A stretch of 64,000 nt of DNA from contig JACQDB010000043.1 in the NCBI GenBank assembly GCA_016201275.1, forward strand, positions 339 to 64,338, read 5' to 3'. The position numbers were made by a program, and so were the translations under genes. Shown here piece after piece: positions 55,978 to 64,000 of this stretch (the stretch's first letter is position 1; each line of letters starts with the position of its first letter). The notes below the pieces were generated by a model, which was given only the letters and a program-made list of their open reading frames with translations, ran no database searches and was not told where the DNA came from. Origin of the DNA: Acidobacteriota bacterium (GTDB lineage Bacteria > Acidobacteriota > Blastocatellia > UBA7656).

Positions 55978-57120
55978 TTAGGCTCTGATTTTGCGTATCG
56001 CGTCTTGAATTATCGGTATAAATATTTCAGCCTGCACCGCCGCCGCTTGCAGGTCTGACAACGCTTCATCGGCTCTTGCCACATCAAGCGAGCGCTTGGC
56101 TTTGGCGGCTGCCGCTTGCAATTGCGTATCGGTCAGCGTTTCGTAGAGGCTCTGTTCCAGACAACGAAATAAATCCGCTGGCAGATTCGGCGGAGCCGCA
56201 ACGAGCAAACCTGCGCCGATCAATTTTGCCAGCGCAAGAGCATCTGCGTCGCTTTGCCGAGGGTCGCGTCCCAATTCAACAGCGCGACGAGCTACAATGC
56301 CTTCCGTGCCACAAAGCACGGCAACCCCATCCAGCGCAGTGTGCGACGAGAGTCTTTGCGGACTGATTTGCAAGAGGGCGCGCAAATCCTGCGCCTCCAA
56401 GCGGTCGAGTACGGACTCGAAGCTGAAGGAGACCACATCCACTTCGCCACGCATGGCGGCAAGCGCAGTTTCGCGGCTTCCCGCAAAACCTGCAAGGTAC
56501 GCCGTATTGATTCCCAAAAGCTGCGCTGCCACCGCGCTAGTGACAAAAGTGGTGCTGCCGACTTCGGACATACCAAAAACAATCGGTCTTTTCTGCGACT
56601 CCGCCAGCACGTCTTCCAGATTGCGAAAAGGAGAATTGCCCGCTGTTGTCCATACTACTTGATTACGCGCCAAGCGTCCCAAAATGGTGAAGTCCGTTGC
56701 CGGATTGGGGATGTTGTGCGCGCCGGTCAATGCCGCCACCATCAGCCCAGGCGCGTTCAATATGCCCAGCGTCAAACCATCGGGTAAGCTCCCTTTGAGC
56801 TTATTGGCAGAGATGACGCCCCCGGCTCCGGAAGTATTTTCAATGACAATTTCTGCGCCGGTCTTTTTCTGATAAAACGGCTCCAGCAATCGCGCATAGA
56901 TGTCATAGCCGCCGCCTGCCGGAAACGGCACCAGCCAACGCACCTGCTTGCCTGTCAATGGCGAACACGGAGTTTGACGGATGGCTTTCGGTGAACACCC
57001 GGTGTGAGTGAACAAAAACGCGCCGCCGCCGACAATGCCTAAACGCTTTGTCATCTCGCGCCGGGAAATTTTTGCTGACCGGGATGGCCGCATTTTGCGT
57101 CGCTGTTCTTTATATGTCAT
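55978..57120 (-). CDS. tctC: Tripartite tricarboxylate transporter substrate-binding protein TctC (Bug family), Tat-type signal
   Basis: 'WLVPFPAGGGYDIYARLL', 'GAGGVISANKL'; N-terminal 'SRREMTKRLGIVGGGAFLF' twin-Arg-like leader. Confidence 0.8.
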   Translation of the reverse strand: MTYKEQRRKMRPSRSAKISRREMTKRLGIVGGGAFLFTHTGCSPKAIRQTPCSPLTGKQVRWLVPFPAGGGYDIYARLLEPFYQKKTGAEIVIENTSGAGGVISANKLKGSLPDGLTLGILNAPGLMVAALTGAHNIPNPATDFTILGRLARNQVVWTTAGNSPFRNLEDVLAESQKRPIVFGMSEVGSTTFVTSAVAAQLLGINTAYLAGFAGSRETALAAMRGEVDVVSFSFESVLDRLEAQDLRALLQISPQRLSSHTALDGVAVLCGTEGIVARRAVELGRDPRQSDADALALAKLIGAGLLVAAPPNLPADLFRCLEQSLYETLTDTQLQAAAAKAKRSLDVARADEALSDLQAAAVQAEIFIPIIQDAIRKIRA

Positions 57121-57130
57121 ATAAGAGGTA

Positions 57131-57328
57131 ACTACCCAGTCAGTGCTTGCGGCGGTGCCGCTATGATGTGCGGATAGGCTAAACCTTTCCGTAAGCTACG
57201 TCTCCCAACTCTCGCGGCTGCGCCGCGAAGAAAGAGCGCCAGTTCACCGGAGAGTCGCAGACTCTCCGCACCTCAAAGCGGCACCGCCGCACAGAATTCA
57301 ACCCTCACAAAAAGGCTGGGTAGTTACT
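57131..57328. repeat. Palindromic MITE-like element, copy 2 (~195 bp), immediately upstream of tctC
   Basis: Same termini and cores as copy 1 (actacccagtcagtgcttgcggc ... cggagagtcgcagactctccgcacctcaaagcggcaccgccgcacag ... ggctgggtagttact); lacks ~55 bp present in copy 1. Confidence 0.65.
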
Positions 57329-57499
57329 ATATAGCGGCTTGCAGATGTGTGCGATTTGTTGAGAGGCGGTCTGTGACCGCCGTGCTGTGGTCACAGACTG
57401 CCTCTCAACTAGGTGTCGTGGGTCGCAGGCAAATGAAATTCGCTATAAGAAACACGAGAAGCGAGGTTGGAGTAGCGCCTTGAAACGATGGCGCACGCT

Positions 57500-59149
57500 T
57501 CAAACCTTCGCGCCTTTCGAGCGGTTCGCCAGATGCAAAGGCATGAGCTTGCCGCGCCCTGTCCATACCGGTTTTTGGCGTTTCACGCGCAGCGCCTTCG
57601 CCTGTTTCCAGATGGCGCTTGCCGAATCTGCGCCGACGCTGCTCTTCTCCATCGCCGCCAACACGGCGTCAATGACTGCCGCTTCATCGGCAATTTCAAG
57701 GCGCGGATTGACCAACAGAGAAAGCCGCGTGAAGCCTTGTTCATCCTCTTCTTCCATCAACTGATAATCCAGCGCACTGCCGCCGAATCGCGTGGGTAAA
57801 ACTTCTTCCAGTATGTGAACCATCTCGCTGCCAACCAAAGTTACGCCTTCGCCGGTCAGCTTGCTGAAACTGCGAATATCGCGCAGGTGTTCGCTAAAAC
57901 CAAGTTCTTCAAGAGGGCATCCGCAGGCGCGGTTTTCCACAATACCATAATCATCTATCTCTACATTGAGCATCAATTTCGGAGCCGTCAATAAAAGCGC
58001 GGTGACGTTGAACGCTTCAACAATAATTTCCGAATCCTGTATCGCTCTGGGTTTTTGAATAACCGCGAAAGCGTCTGTGAGCAAATGCAGGTCGTTGCAA
58101 GCGGTCGGCTTGGCGCAGCCCATGCCTATGCGTCCGGCTTCGGCTAAACCGTAAGTCGGAAAGTAGCGCGCCCCTGTGCTTTCTATGCCTTTGACTTTTG
58201 CCGCAGTCGGCGGTTCTCCGGCAATCATAAACGTCGCGCCGGTCAAATCCAATCCGGCTTCCTGCGCCGCTACGCAAACCCGCAAGGCGCGACTGACCGG
58301 CGATAAAATCAGGCAAGCGCCATGCGTCTGCAAAGTTTCGCTTGCCCAACGCGCCACCACGATGGCGTCTTCTATGCCAACCATTTCCGGCCACGGCAAA
58401 GGCTTGCCAAACACGCGCCCCAAGACCACTGTGGTGTAAGTTGCCAGATGGTATTTATATTTGAGCGAGGCTTTGAGGTTTGCCGTAACTATTGGCGAAA
58501 ACCAGCGCTGCGGATACCTGCCCAGATGCGCCGCCCTGAGCAGATTGTTGATGCCGCTGCCATCAGGCAGTATGCCGCGCCACAAAGCCGTTGGCACGTC
58601 CAAAACTCCATGCGCCTGCCGCGCCAACATCAAGTGGGTGGACTGCGCCGCCAGATGGTCGAGGTCGGTTTCGACTCGGGTTTGCGCTCCCGTCGTGCCG
58701 CCGCTTGCAGTGATATAGGAACGGCTTAAAAAAGGATTATCGAAACTGTGTGGATGGAGCGCAATCATCTGTCCGCCGCGCACCAAGGGCTTGCGCCCCT
58801 TGAACTCCTCGAAGCTGATATAAACACCGGCATCGCGCAAATGATGCAAGGTCTTTTCCAGACCTTTGGCGCGCAGCAGATTTTTTATATCGCCGATTTC
58901 GCAGTCCGCCAGTTTCAACAACGGCAAGTAAGGGCTTGGGGCATAATTGAAAATGCCGCGCTCAAGCAGGCGTAAAAAGTTGGCTTCGCGTTCGGCCAAG
59001 CGTCGTTCAATCACGGCGCGAGCGTCGTCAAGCGTAAGCGGATGGCGCAAGAACCCCCGCAATCCCCACGCAAAGCGCGAGAACATTTTCATCTCACCAA
59101 TAAAACTCATAAATGCTTTTGACAGGAATAATCGTATCGTCTCAATCAT
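57500..59149 (-). CDS. Adenylate-forming enzyme of the phenylacetate-CoA ligase / F390 synthetase / CapK-like family
   Basis: 'YITASGGTTGAQTRV' (cf. PaaK SSGTTGKPT P-loop), 549 aa; context of capsule-type genes. Confidence 0.55.
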   Translation of the reverse strand: MIETIRLFLSKAFMSFIGEMKMFSRFAWGLRGFLRHPLTLDDARAVIERRLAEREANFLRLLERGIFNYAPSPYLPLLKLADCEIGDIKNLLRAKGLEKTLHHLRDAGVYISFEEFKGRKPLVRGGQMIALHPHSFDNPFLSRSYITASGGTTGAQTRVETDLDHLAAQSTHLMLARQAHGVLDVPTALWRGILPDGSGINNLLRAAHLGRYPQRWFSPIVTANLKASLKYKYHLATYTTVVLGRVFGKPLPWPEMVGIEDAIVVARWASETLQTHGACLILSPVSRALRVCVAAQEAGLDLTGATFMIAGEPPTAAKVKGIESTGARYFPTYGLAEAGRIGMGCAKPTACNDLHLLTDAFAVIQKPRAIQDSEIIVEAFNVTALLLTAPKLMLNVEIDDYGIVENRACGCPLEELGFSEHLRDIRSFSKLTGEGVTLVGSEMVHILEEVLPTRFGGSALDYQLMEEEDEQGFTRLSLLVNPRLEIADEAAVIDAVLAAMEKSSVGADSASAIWKQAKALRVKRQKPVWTGRGKLMPLHLANRSKGAKV

Positions 59150-59228
59150 TCGGGGGACAGAAAGTTAGAGAAGGTTTGGCGTACCGCGCAACAGGGCGGA
59201 AGATCACGATGGCGAAAGATTCCGCTTG

Positions 59229-59382
59229 AAGGCTACTGCCATGAAGTGAAGGGAATCTTTGAACCACGAAGACCACCAAGAGCACGAAGCGATTAAACAA
59301 AACTCGGTTTTTCCTGTTTCGTGTTCTTCGTGTCCTTCGTGGTGAAAAGAATCTCATGCTTCACTTCATGCCATTAGCCTTC
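59229..59382. repeat. Long imperfect hairpin (~60-bp arms) built from CACGAAG / CTTCGTG short tandem units
   Basis: gaaggctactgccatgaagtgaagggaatctttgaaccacgaagaccaccaagagcacgaag ... cgtgttcttcgtgtccttcgtggtgaaaagaatctcatgcttcacttcatgccattagccttc. Lies between the Oar-like receptor stop and the ligase start. Confidence 0.55.
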
Positions 59383-59450
59383 AGGCGGTACTCCAAACTC
59401 CCCGAAGTATTGAGACGATACGAAAAATCAGACCTCTCTCTTTACCACTC

Positions 59451-62400
59451 TCAGAAGCTCATTCGCAATGCCAACTGCAACTGACGCGAAGTTGTTGCGG
59501 TGGTGGTGATGCGCCCTACATTGGGCAGCGCTTTGGCATCACTACCGGCAGTGCTGAAGATTTCAAGATTGCTGCGCGCCGGAAGGGCAAAGTTGGCGCG
59601 ATTCAAAAGATTGAAAGCTTCTGCGCGAAACTGAATCTCCAACTTTTCGGACAACCGTGCGGCCTTGAACTTTTTGACCAGCGCCAGATCAAAGGTCGCC
59701 AGTCCGGGGCCAATGATGGTGTTGCGTCCGAGATTGCCGCGTGTTCCAGAGGGCAAGGAGGTGAAAGCGGACGGGTCAAACCATTGCTCGACGCGCCCTG
59801 TGACCGGGTTGTTGCTGCGACCCGGTTTCAGATTCGGGCGTTGTTCGTTATCGTCCGTGCCATCGCCGTCTATGTCGTTGATGATGATCGGCGTGAACGG
59901 AATGCCCGACGACACAGTGATAATGCCGCTCATCTGCCAGCCACCGAGAACTTTCCTTATCACCTTATCCGCAGAAAGCTGCGCCAGCCTTTGCCCCATC
60001 TCTACGGTAAAATTCACGACGAAATTTTGCCGCACATCGAAACTTGAAAGCCCACGGTCGCGCTTGTGGTCAAAGGGGTCGGAGGTGCGTTGTTGGCCGT
60101 TGCTGAATTCCGAACGCCCCAACCCGCTCGAAGCGTCGTCAACCGATTTCGACAAGGTGTATGCGCCTTGAAGTTGCACGCCGCCGCTGAAGCGCCGGTT
60201 AAGTCCCAGTTGCAGCGCGTTGTAAAAAGAGTTGGCGTCCCAAGTCCTGAAGCGTATGCGCGTGAAGTTCGGATTGCGGCGCGTCGGATTCCCCGGCGCG
60301 CCGATGTTCCAATCCGACTCGCGTGAAAGTTTTACGCCGCGACTGCCTACATAAGCCACCGTGATGACAGTTTGCGCGAAGAGTTCATGTTGCAGGTTGA
60401 GGTTGTATTGATAAACATAGGACTGGCCGTGGTCATAATCCACCGCCAGCACGGCATCACGTCCGAGGGCGCTCAACCCGGCAAGCCCCTGGGGAAATTC
60501 CGCCTCAACTCCTGAAGCCCGCGCCGTAATCGCAAAGGGCGCGAGCCGGACAATCGAGTTCCACCATTGATGCGCTAAAAACTGGTCAAAGAAAATTCCT
60601 GCGCCGCCTCGCAGCGCCGTCTTGCCATCGCCTTTGAGGTCCCAGGCAAAACCCAAGCGCGGCGCGAAATTATCTTTCGCGGTGATAAAGGGCTTGCCTA
60701 CGCTTACTTGTTTATCCAGCGGGTCGCGCAGGTTATTCAACCTGCCGTGCTGCTCCGAAGGCACGGTAACGAATTCGTGGCGTAGCCCAAAGTTCAGCAA
60801 CAGGCGTCTGGAGGGTTTGAATTCATCTTGCACGAACCACCCCAAAAGGCTCTGCCTATAGCTTCTGGCAACATCGTTGGCACTTGGCAAAAGCCCTTCA
60901 AAGGTTCTCGCTTTGCCGCGTAAAAAATCGGCAAGACTGCTGAAGGTGAATTCTCCGCGTGAGCGCGACGTAGAGATGACGTTGTATTGGAAGCGCTCAA
61001 ATTGTACGCCAGCAATGACGACGTGGCGGCCTTTGTGCAAGGTGAACTGATCGCCTAGCTGATAACTGTTTTGCGTTAAACGACGCGGCACATTGCGGTC
61101 TGTACCGAATACATCGAAGCCGCTGATGCTGATAGTGCCGATGGCTTGGCCGGTAATAAAACTCAGCTTCGTTAAGGGATCGGTCGGCGCTATATCTTCG
61201 GCGGGGTTGCTGCGGGCAAAGCCAAATTGCAGTTCGTTGGTGGCTCGCGGGGAAATAATTTTGCTTGCTCGCAGCGTCAAGTATTGCGGACGATTGAGAT
61301 TTTGATTGGGAAAATCGGGAAAGGTTTCGTCCGTGATAAAGCGGCGCTTGGAATCGGAAAATGTATAACGCGCCATCAACGTGTCGGCGTCGGAAAAGTT
61401 ATGGTCAAGGCGCACGGTAAAAAAATCTTCTCGCGCCGGTTGATTGAATTGCCCTACGAAAAGCGCCGCACCGTCTGCCGGCGTAGGGTCAAAGGTCGGC
61501 AGCGGAAACAGCTTCAAATACGGTTGTACCAACGGATTAATTGCGACGCGAGCCCCAGCCACCAACCCCTTGCGGGCGTCCATATCGGGAACCGTGCGGA
61601 TGATGGTGCGCCCCAGGTTTTCGCGCAAGCCTTCATAACTGACAAAGAAAAACGTGCGATTTTTGAGCAACCGTCCGCCCACTGAAAAGCCGAATTGATT
61701 GCGCCTGAATTCGGGTTTCTCCAGATCAAAGAAGTTCCGCGCATCAAGGTTATCATTGCGGAGGAATTCAAAGAGCGAGCCGTGAAAAGTATTGGAGCCA
61801 GAACGGGTGATGATGTTGAACGCGCCGCCCGTAGCGCGACTGAATTGGGCGCTGTAGGCGCTGGTCAAGACGCGAAATTCCTGTATGGTTTCGATGCCCG
61901 TCAGTTGTCCGGTTGCGCCCGTGGCGACACGATTGCCGAGGTTATTGATAATCGTGCCATCGAGCATAAAAGTGTTGCCCGCCGGTCTGGTTCCGGCAAC
62001 CGTGATTCGGGTGCCGCCGCCGCCCGATAAAATATCCCCGACATCGGTACGCGCCACGTTGACGCCCGGCTGCAATTGGATAAGTTGCGTGATGTCGCGC
62101 CCGTTGAGCGGCAAATCACGAATCTTTTTTTCATCCACCACTTCACTGAGCGCCGAGTTTGCCGCTTCGACCAGTGACGCACTCGCTATCACTTCAAGGC
62201 GTTCGTCGAGGTTGCCGACCTGAAGCATAAAATCCAGCCTGACCTCGTGGCTTATGCTTAAATTCACGCCTTGGCGAACTTCGGTTTGAAACCCCGATTT
62301 GGAAACTTCAATAACGTATCTGCCGGGCGCAAGCGAAGCCATATAATAACGACCGCCATCGTCCGTGAGAGTGCGGCGCGCCATTCCGGTGTCAAGATTT

Positions 62401-62582
62401 TTGACGGTAAGGTTGACTTCGGCAAGCGCCAGTCCGCCAGGGTCTCTGCACACGCCCGACAGGCTGGCGTTAATCGCTTGCGAGCGTGCGGCGTCAAGGC
62501 AGAGAACGATCAAGAGGATAGATAGCGCATAGCGGCAAGCGCCTTGATAAATTGTCGTTGAAGAGTGAAATCGGTAATTCAT
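59451..62582 (-). CDS. TonB-dependent receptor-like outer-membrane protein with carboxypeptidase-regulatory-like domain (Oar-like), second copy
   Basis: Signal peptide; 'SGVCRDPGGLALAEVNLTV...GRYYMASLAPGRYVI'; plug region; 22-strand-sized barrel ending ...LALRMSF. 4-bp overlap with upstream GT4. Confidence 0.8.
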   Translation of the reverse strand: MNYRFHSSTTIYQGACRYALSILLIVLCLDAARSQAINASLSGVCRDPGGLALAEVNLTVKNLDTGMARRTLTDDGGRYYMASLAPGRYVIEVSKSGFQTEVRQGVNLSISHEVRLDFMLQVGNLDERLEVIASASLVEAANSALSEVVDEKKIRDLPLNGRDITQLIQLQPGVNVARTDVGDILSGGGGTRITVAGTRPAGNTFMLDGTIINNLGNRVATGATGQLTGIETIQEFRVLTSAYSAQFSRATGGAFNIITRSGSNTFHGSLFEFLRNDNLDARNFFDLEKPEFRRNQFGFSVGGRLLKNRTFFFVSYEGLRENLGRTIIRTVPDMDARKGLVAGARVAINPLVQPYLKLFPLPTFDPTPADGAALFVGQFNQPAREDFFTVRLDHNFSDADTLMARYTFSDSKRRFITDETFPDFPNQNLNRPQYLTLRASKIISPRATNELQFGFARSNPAEDIAPTDPLTKLSFITGQAIGTISISGFDVFGTDRNVPRRLTQNSYQLGDQFTLHKGRHVVIAGVQFERFQYNVISTSRSRGEFTFSSLADFLRGKARTFEGLLPSANDVARSYRQSLLGWFVQDEFKPSRRLLLNFGLRHEFVTVPSEQHGRLNNLRDPLDKQVSVGKPFITAKDNFAPRLGFAWDLKGDGKTALRGGAGIFFDQFLAHQWWNSIVRLAPFAITARASGVEAEFPQGLAGLSALGRDAVLAVDYDHGQSYVYQYNLNLQHELFAQTVITVAYVGSRGVKLSRESDWNIGAPGNPTRRNPNFTRIRFRTWDANSFYNALQLGLNRRFSGGVQLQGAYTLSKSVDDASSGLGRSEFSNGQQRTSDPFDHKRDRGLSSFDVRQNFVVNFTVEMGQRLAQLSADKVIRKVLGGWQMSGIITVSSGIPFTPIIINDIDGDGTDDNEQRPNLKPGRSNNPVTGRVEQWFDPSAFTSLPSGTRGNLGRNTIIGPGLATFDLALVKKFKAARLSEKLEIQFRAEAFNLLNRANFALPARSNLEIFSTAGSDAKALPNVGRITTTATTSRQLQLALRMSF

Positions 62583-63853
62583 TCGTGAACCTGTAGAGAA
62601 TAATTTGCAGAAAGAGAATCCGCTTCGTCTGCCATAGCGATACCTTTTCGCGTCGCCAGTTGTTTGATTACGGCAAAATAATTTTCCAGATGCGACTCAA
62701 CCGTGTAGCGCGTCTGCACCGTCTCGTACCCACGCTGACCGGCTTCCTGGCGATAGTCGCTATCGCTTGCGAAGCGTTCCAGCGCCGCCAGCAATTCCGC
62801 GTCGGACGCATAAACCATGCCGCCGCCGCTTTCGTTGACCGCCTCCGGCAACGCGCCAAGATTTCTGACGATGACCGGCGTATGTTGCCCGAACGCTTCC
62901 AATATCACAAGCGGGAATACTTCATAACACAGCGACGGCACGATGACCGCCAAGGCCTGTTGGTACAAGTTCTGTAGTTGCGATTCCGACCGGTGACCTA
63001 AAAAGAGGATGTTGCGACTGTCCGCCGCCAATCGTTTTAACTCCGCTTCATAGTTGCCCGTGCCGACGACCAGCAAGCGGGCTTTGGCATACTCGCGAAA
63101 CAGCGGTATGAGGGTGTGCAAGCCTTTGAGTTTTTCCAGACGACCGGCAAATAAAAAGTATGGTTCGGGGTGCGCCTCGGCCAAGGTTGCTTTGCTCTCC
63201 GGGGTTGCCGGAACAAAGCTCGGCAAATCCACGAGGGGGAGGTTAAGGTTCATCTGCTGATGCCTGTGGCGGACAAATTGACTGAGCGCCAGAAAAGCAT
63301 CTACGTTCTTGACGGCGCGTTCCAGAAATCCCGTGTAGCGCCACCATTGCGGCGGACGTTTATGCGCCAGCGTGCAGGTAAAACAACTCGCTTGAGTGCA
63401 GGCGGCGCGGTTGTTTTTGAAAAGCACGTGCATGGGACAGACCAGCCAATATTCATGCATGGTGTAGAGCTTGATGGCGCTGCCGTATTCCAGCACTTTG
63501 GGGCCGAACAGAGAGATGTTGTGATAGTGAATGACATCGAATTTTTGTTCGAGAATTTGCCGTAGGCGACGCGCTTGAAATAGCGGAATGCCGGTTTGCT
63601 GGGCGGCCAGAGGCGAGAGTTTCCCGACCGGGCTTCTGAGTCCATGCACCGTGACGTTCGGGTGATCGTCATAATTTTCTTTGGATTTTTTGGGCGCGAG
63701 CAAGTCATAGGAATCCGCGCAGTGAACAACCTCAACTTGATGTCCGCGTTGGGCGAGTTCATTGGCCAGCCGTTTGACGAAAATACCATCGCCGCCGAAA
63801 TGAAACGGCGGATAAAAAGTCGTTACCATACAAAAGCGCAGTGGTTTGGGCAT
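62579..63853 (-). CDS. Family 4 glycosyltransferase (GT-B, group 1)
   Basis: N-terminal 'FCMVTTFYPPFHFGGDGIFVKRLANELAQRGHQVEVV' and C-terminal E-x7-E-like region 'PSLCYEVFPLVILEAFGQHTPVIV'. Confidence 0.8.
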   Translation of the reverse strand: MPKPLRFCMVTTFYPPFHFGGDGIFVKRLANELAQRGHQVEVVHCADSYDLLAPKKSKENYDDHPNVTVHGLRSPVGKLSPLAAQQTGIPLFQARRLRQILEQKFDVIHYHNISLFGPKVLEYGSAIKLYTMHEYWLVCPMHVLFKNNRAACTQASCFTCTLAHKRPPQWWRYTGFLERAVKNVDAFLALSQFVRHRHQQMNLNLPLVDLPSFVPATPESKATLAEAHPEPYFLFAGRLEKLKGLHTLIPLFREYAKARLLVVGTGNYEAELKRLAADSRNILFLGHRSESQLQNLYQQALAVIVPSLCYEVFPLVILEAFGQHTPVIVRNLGALPEAVNESGGGMVYASDAELLAALERFASDSDYRQEAGQRGYETVQTRYTVESHLENYFAVIKQLATRKGIAMADEADSLSANYSLQVHE

Positions 63854-63861
63854 TGCAAAAA

Positions 63862-64000
63862 TTATTTTCGGAACCAGCGGCGAACCGTGCGCGGCACGCG
63901 GCGCGACAGTATGTAGCCGTTAAAAAATTTCGTCGGCAACAAAGCGAACAGCTTTTCAGAGCGCAGATAATAGGCATCCACACGCTGCAAAGCAAAGCAG
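63862..64000 (-). CDS. 3' end of an upstream minus-strand gene (partial; start outside window), product unknown
   Basis: Open frame reading ...LQRVDAYYLRSEKLFALLPTKFFNGYILSRRVPRTVRRWFRK* ends 8 nt before GT4 start; not in the ORF track because no start codon is in window. Confidence 0.3.
   Translation of the reverse strand, partial: CFALQRVDAYYLRSEKLFALLPTKFFNGYILSRRVPRTVRRWFRK

Noticed and set aside
63759-63995. 78-aa Cys-rich minus-strand ORF at window edge
   Set aside because: Overlaps GT4 N-terminus out of frame; the real upstream gene is in another frame (annotated as partial 63862..64000).

Overview
This looks like a GC-rich chromosomal segment from a Gram-negative, Acidobacteriota-like genome; the two very large CarboxypepD_reg/TonB 'Oar-like' receptors and the PQQ-propeller paralogs fit that. 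Housekeeping content. The gene order is pilT plus a zinc-ribbon gene, a PfkB sugar kinase plus KDPG aldolase (eda), and a UGM-like flavoprotein/GT2/large membrane protein glycan module. A 1303-aa fused E2-E1 (OdhA/Kgd-type) 2-oxoglutarate dehydrogenase follows. Next comes an Fe-alcohol dehydrogenase embedded among three PQQ beta-propeller paralogs. A low-GC m5C methyltransferase/restriction endonuclease islet follows. An outer-membrane barrel plus small c-type cytochrome pair follows. A minus-strand NADH dehydrogenase operon nuoC-D-H-I-J-K-L-M-N has no nuoA/B/E/F/G. hemY and hemN lie upstream of it. A polysaccharide-like locus holds an ATP-grasp gene, a Wzx flippase, tctCAB, a PaaK/CapK-like ligase, an Oar-like receptor and a GT4. 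Non-coding content. Most unusual is a family of intercistronic hairpins whose arms are tandem ~7-nt repeats (AGTCCTT/AAGGACT, CTAATGAC, GGTTATT, GCCATTT, GGCAAA[AC], CACGAAG). They sit exactly between stop and start codons in the nuo operon and after pilT, and they often carry the downstream Shine-Dalgarno in one arm. There are also long inverted repeats in every other nuo intergenic spacer, and a ~200-250-bp palindromic MITE-like element in three copies, two of them bracketing tctC. Many ORFs in the six-frame track are antisense shadows of real genes and are rejected. Coordinates of repeat elements are approximate (+/- a few nt).
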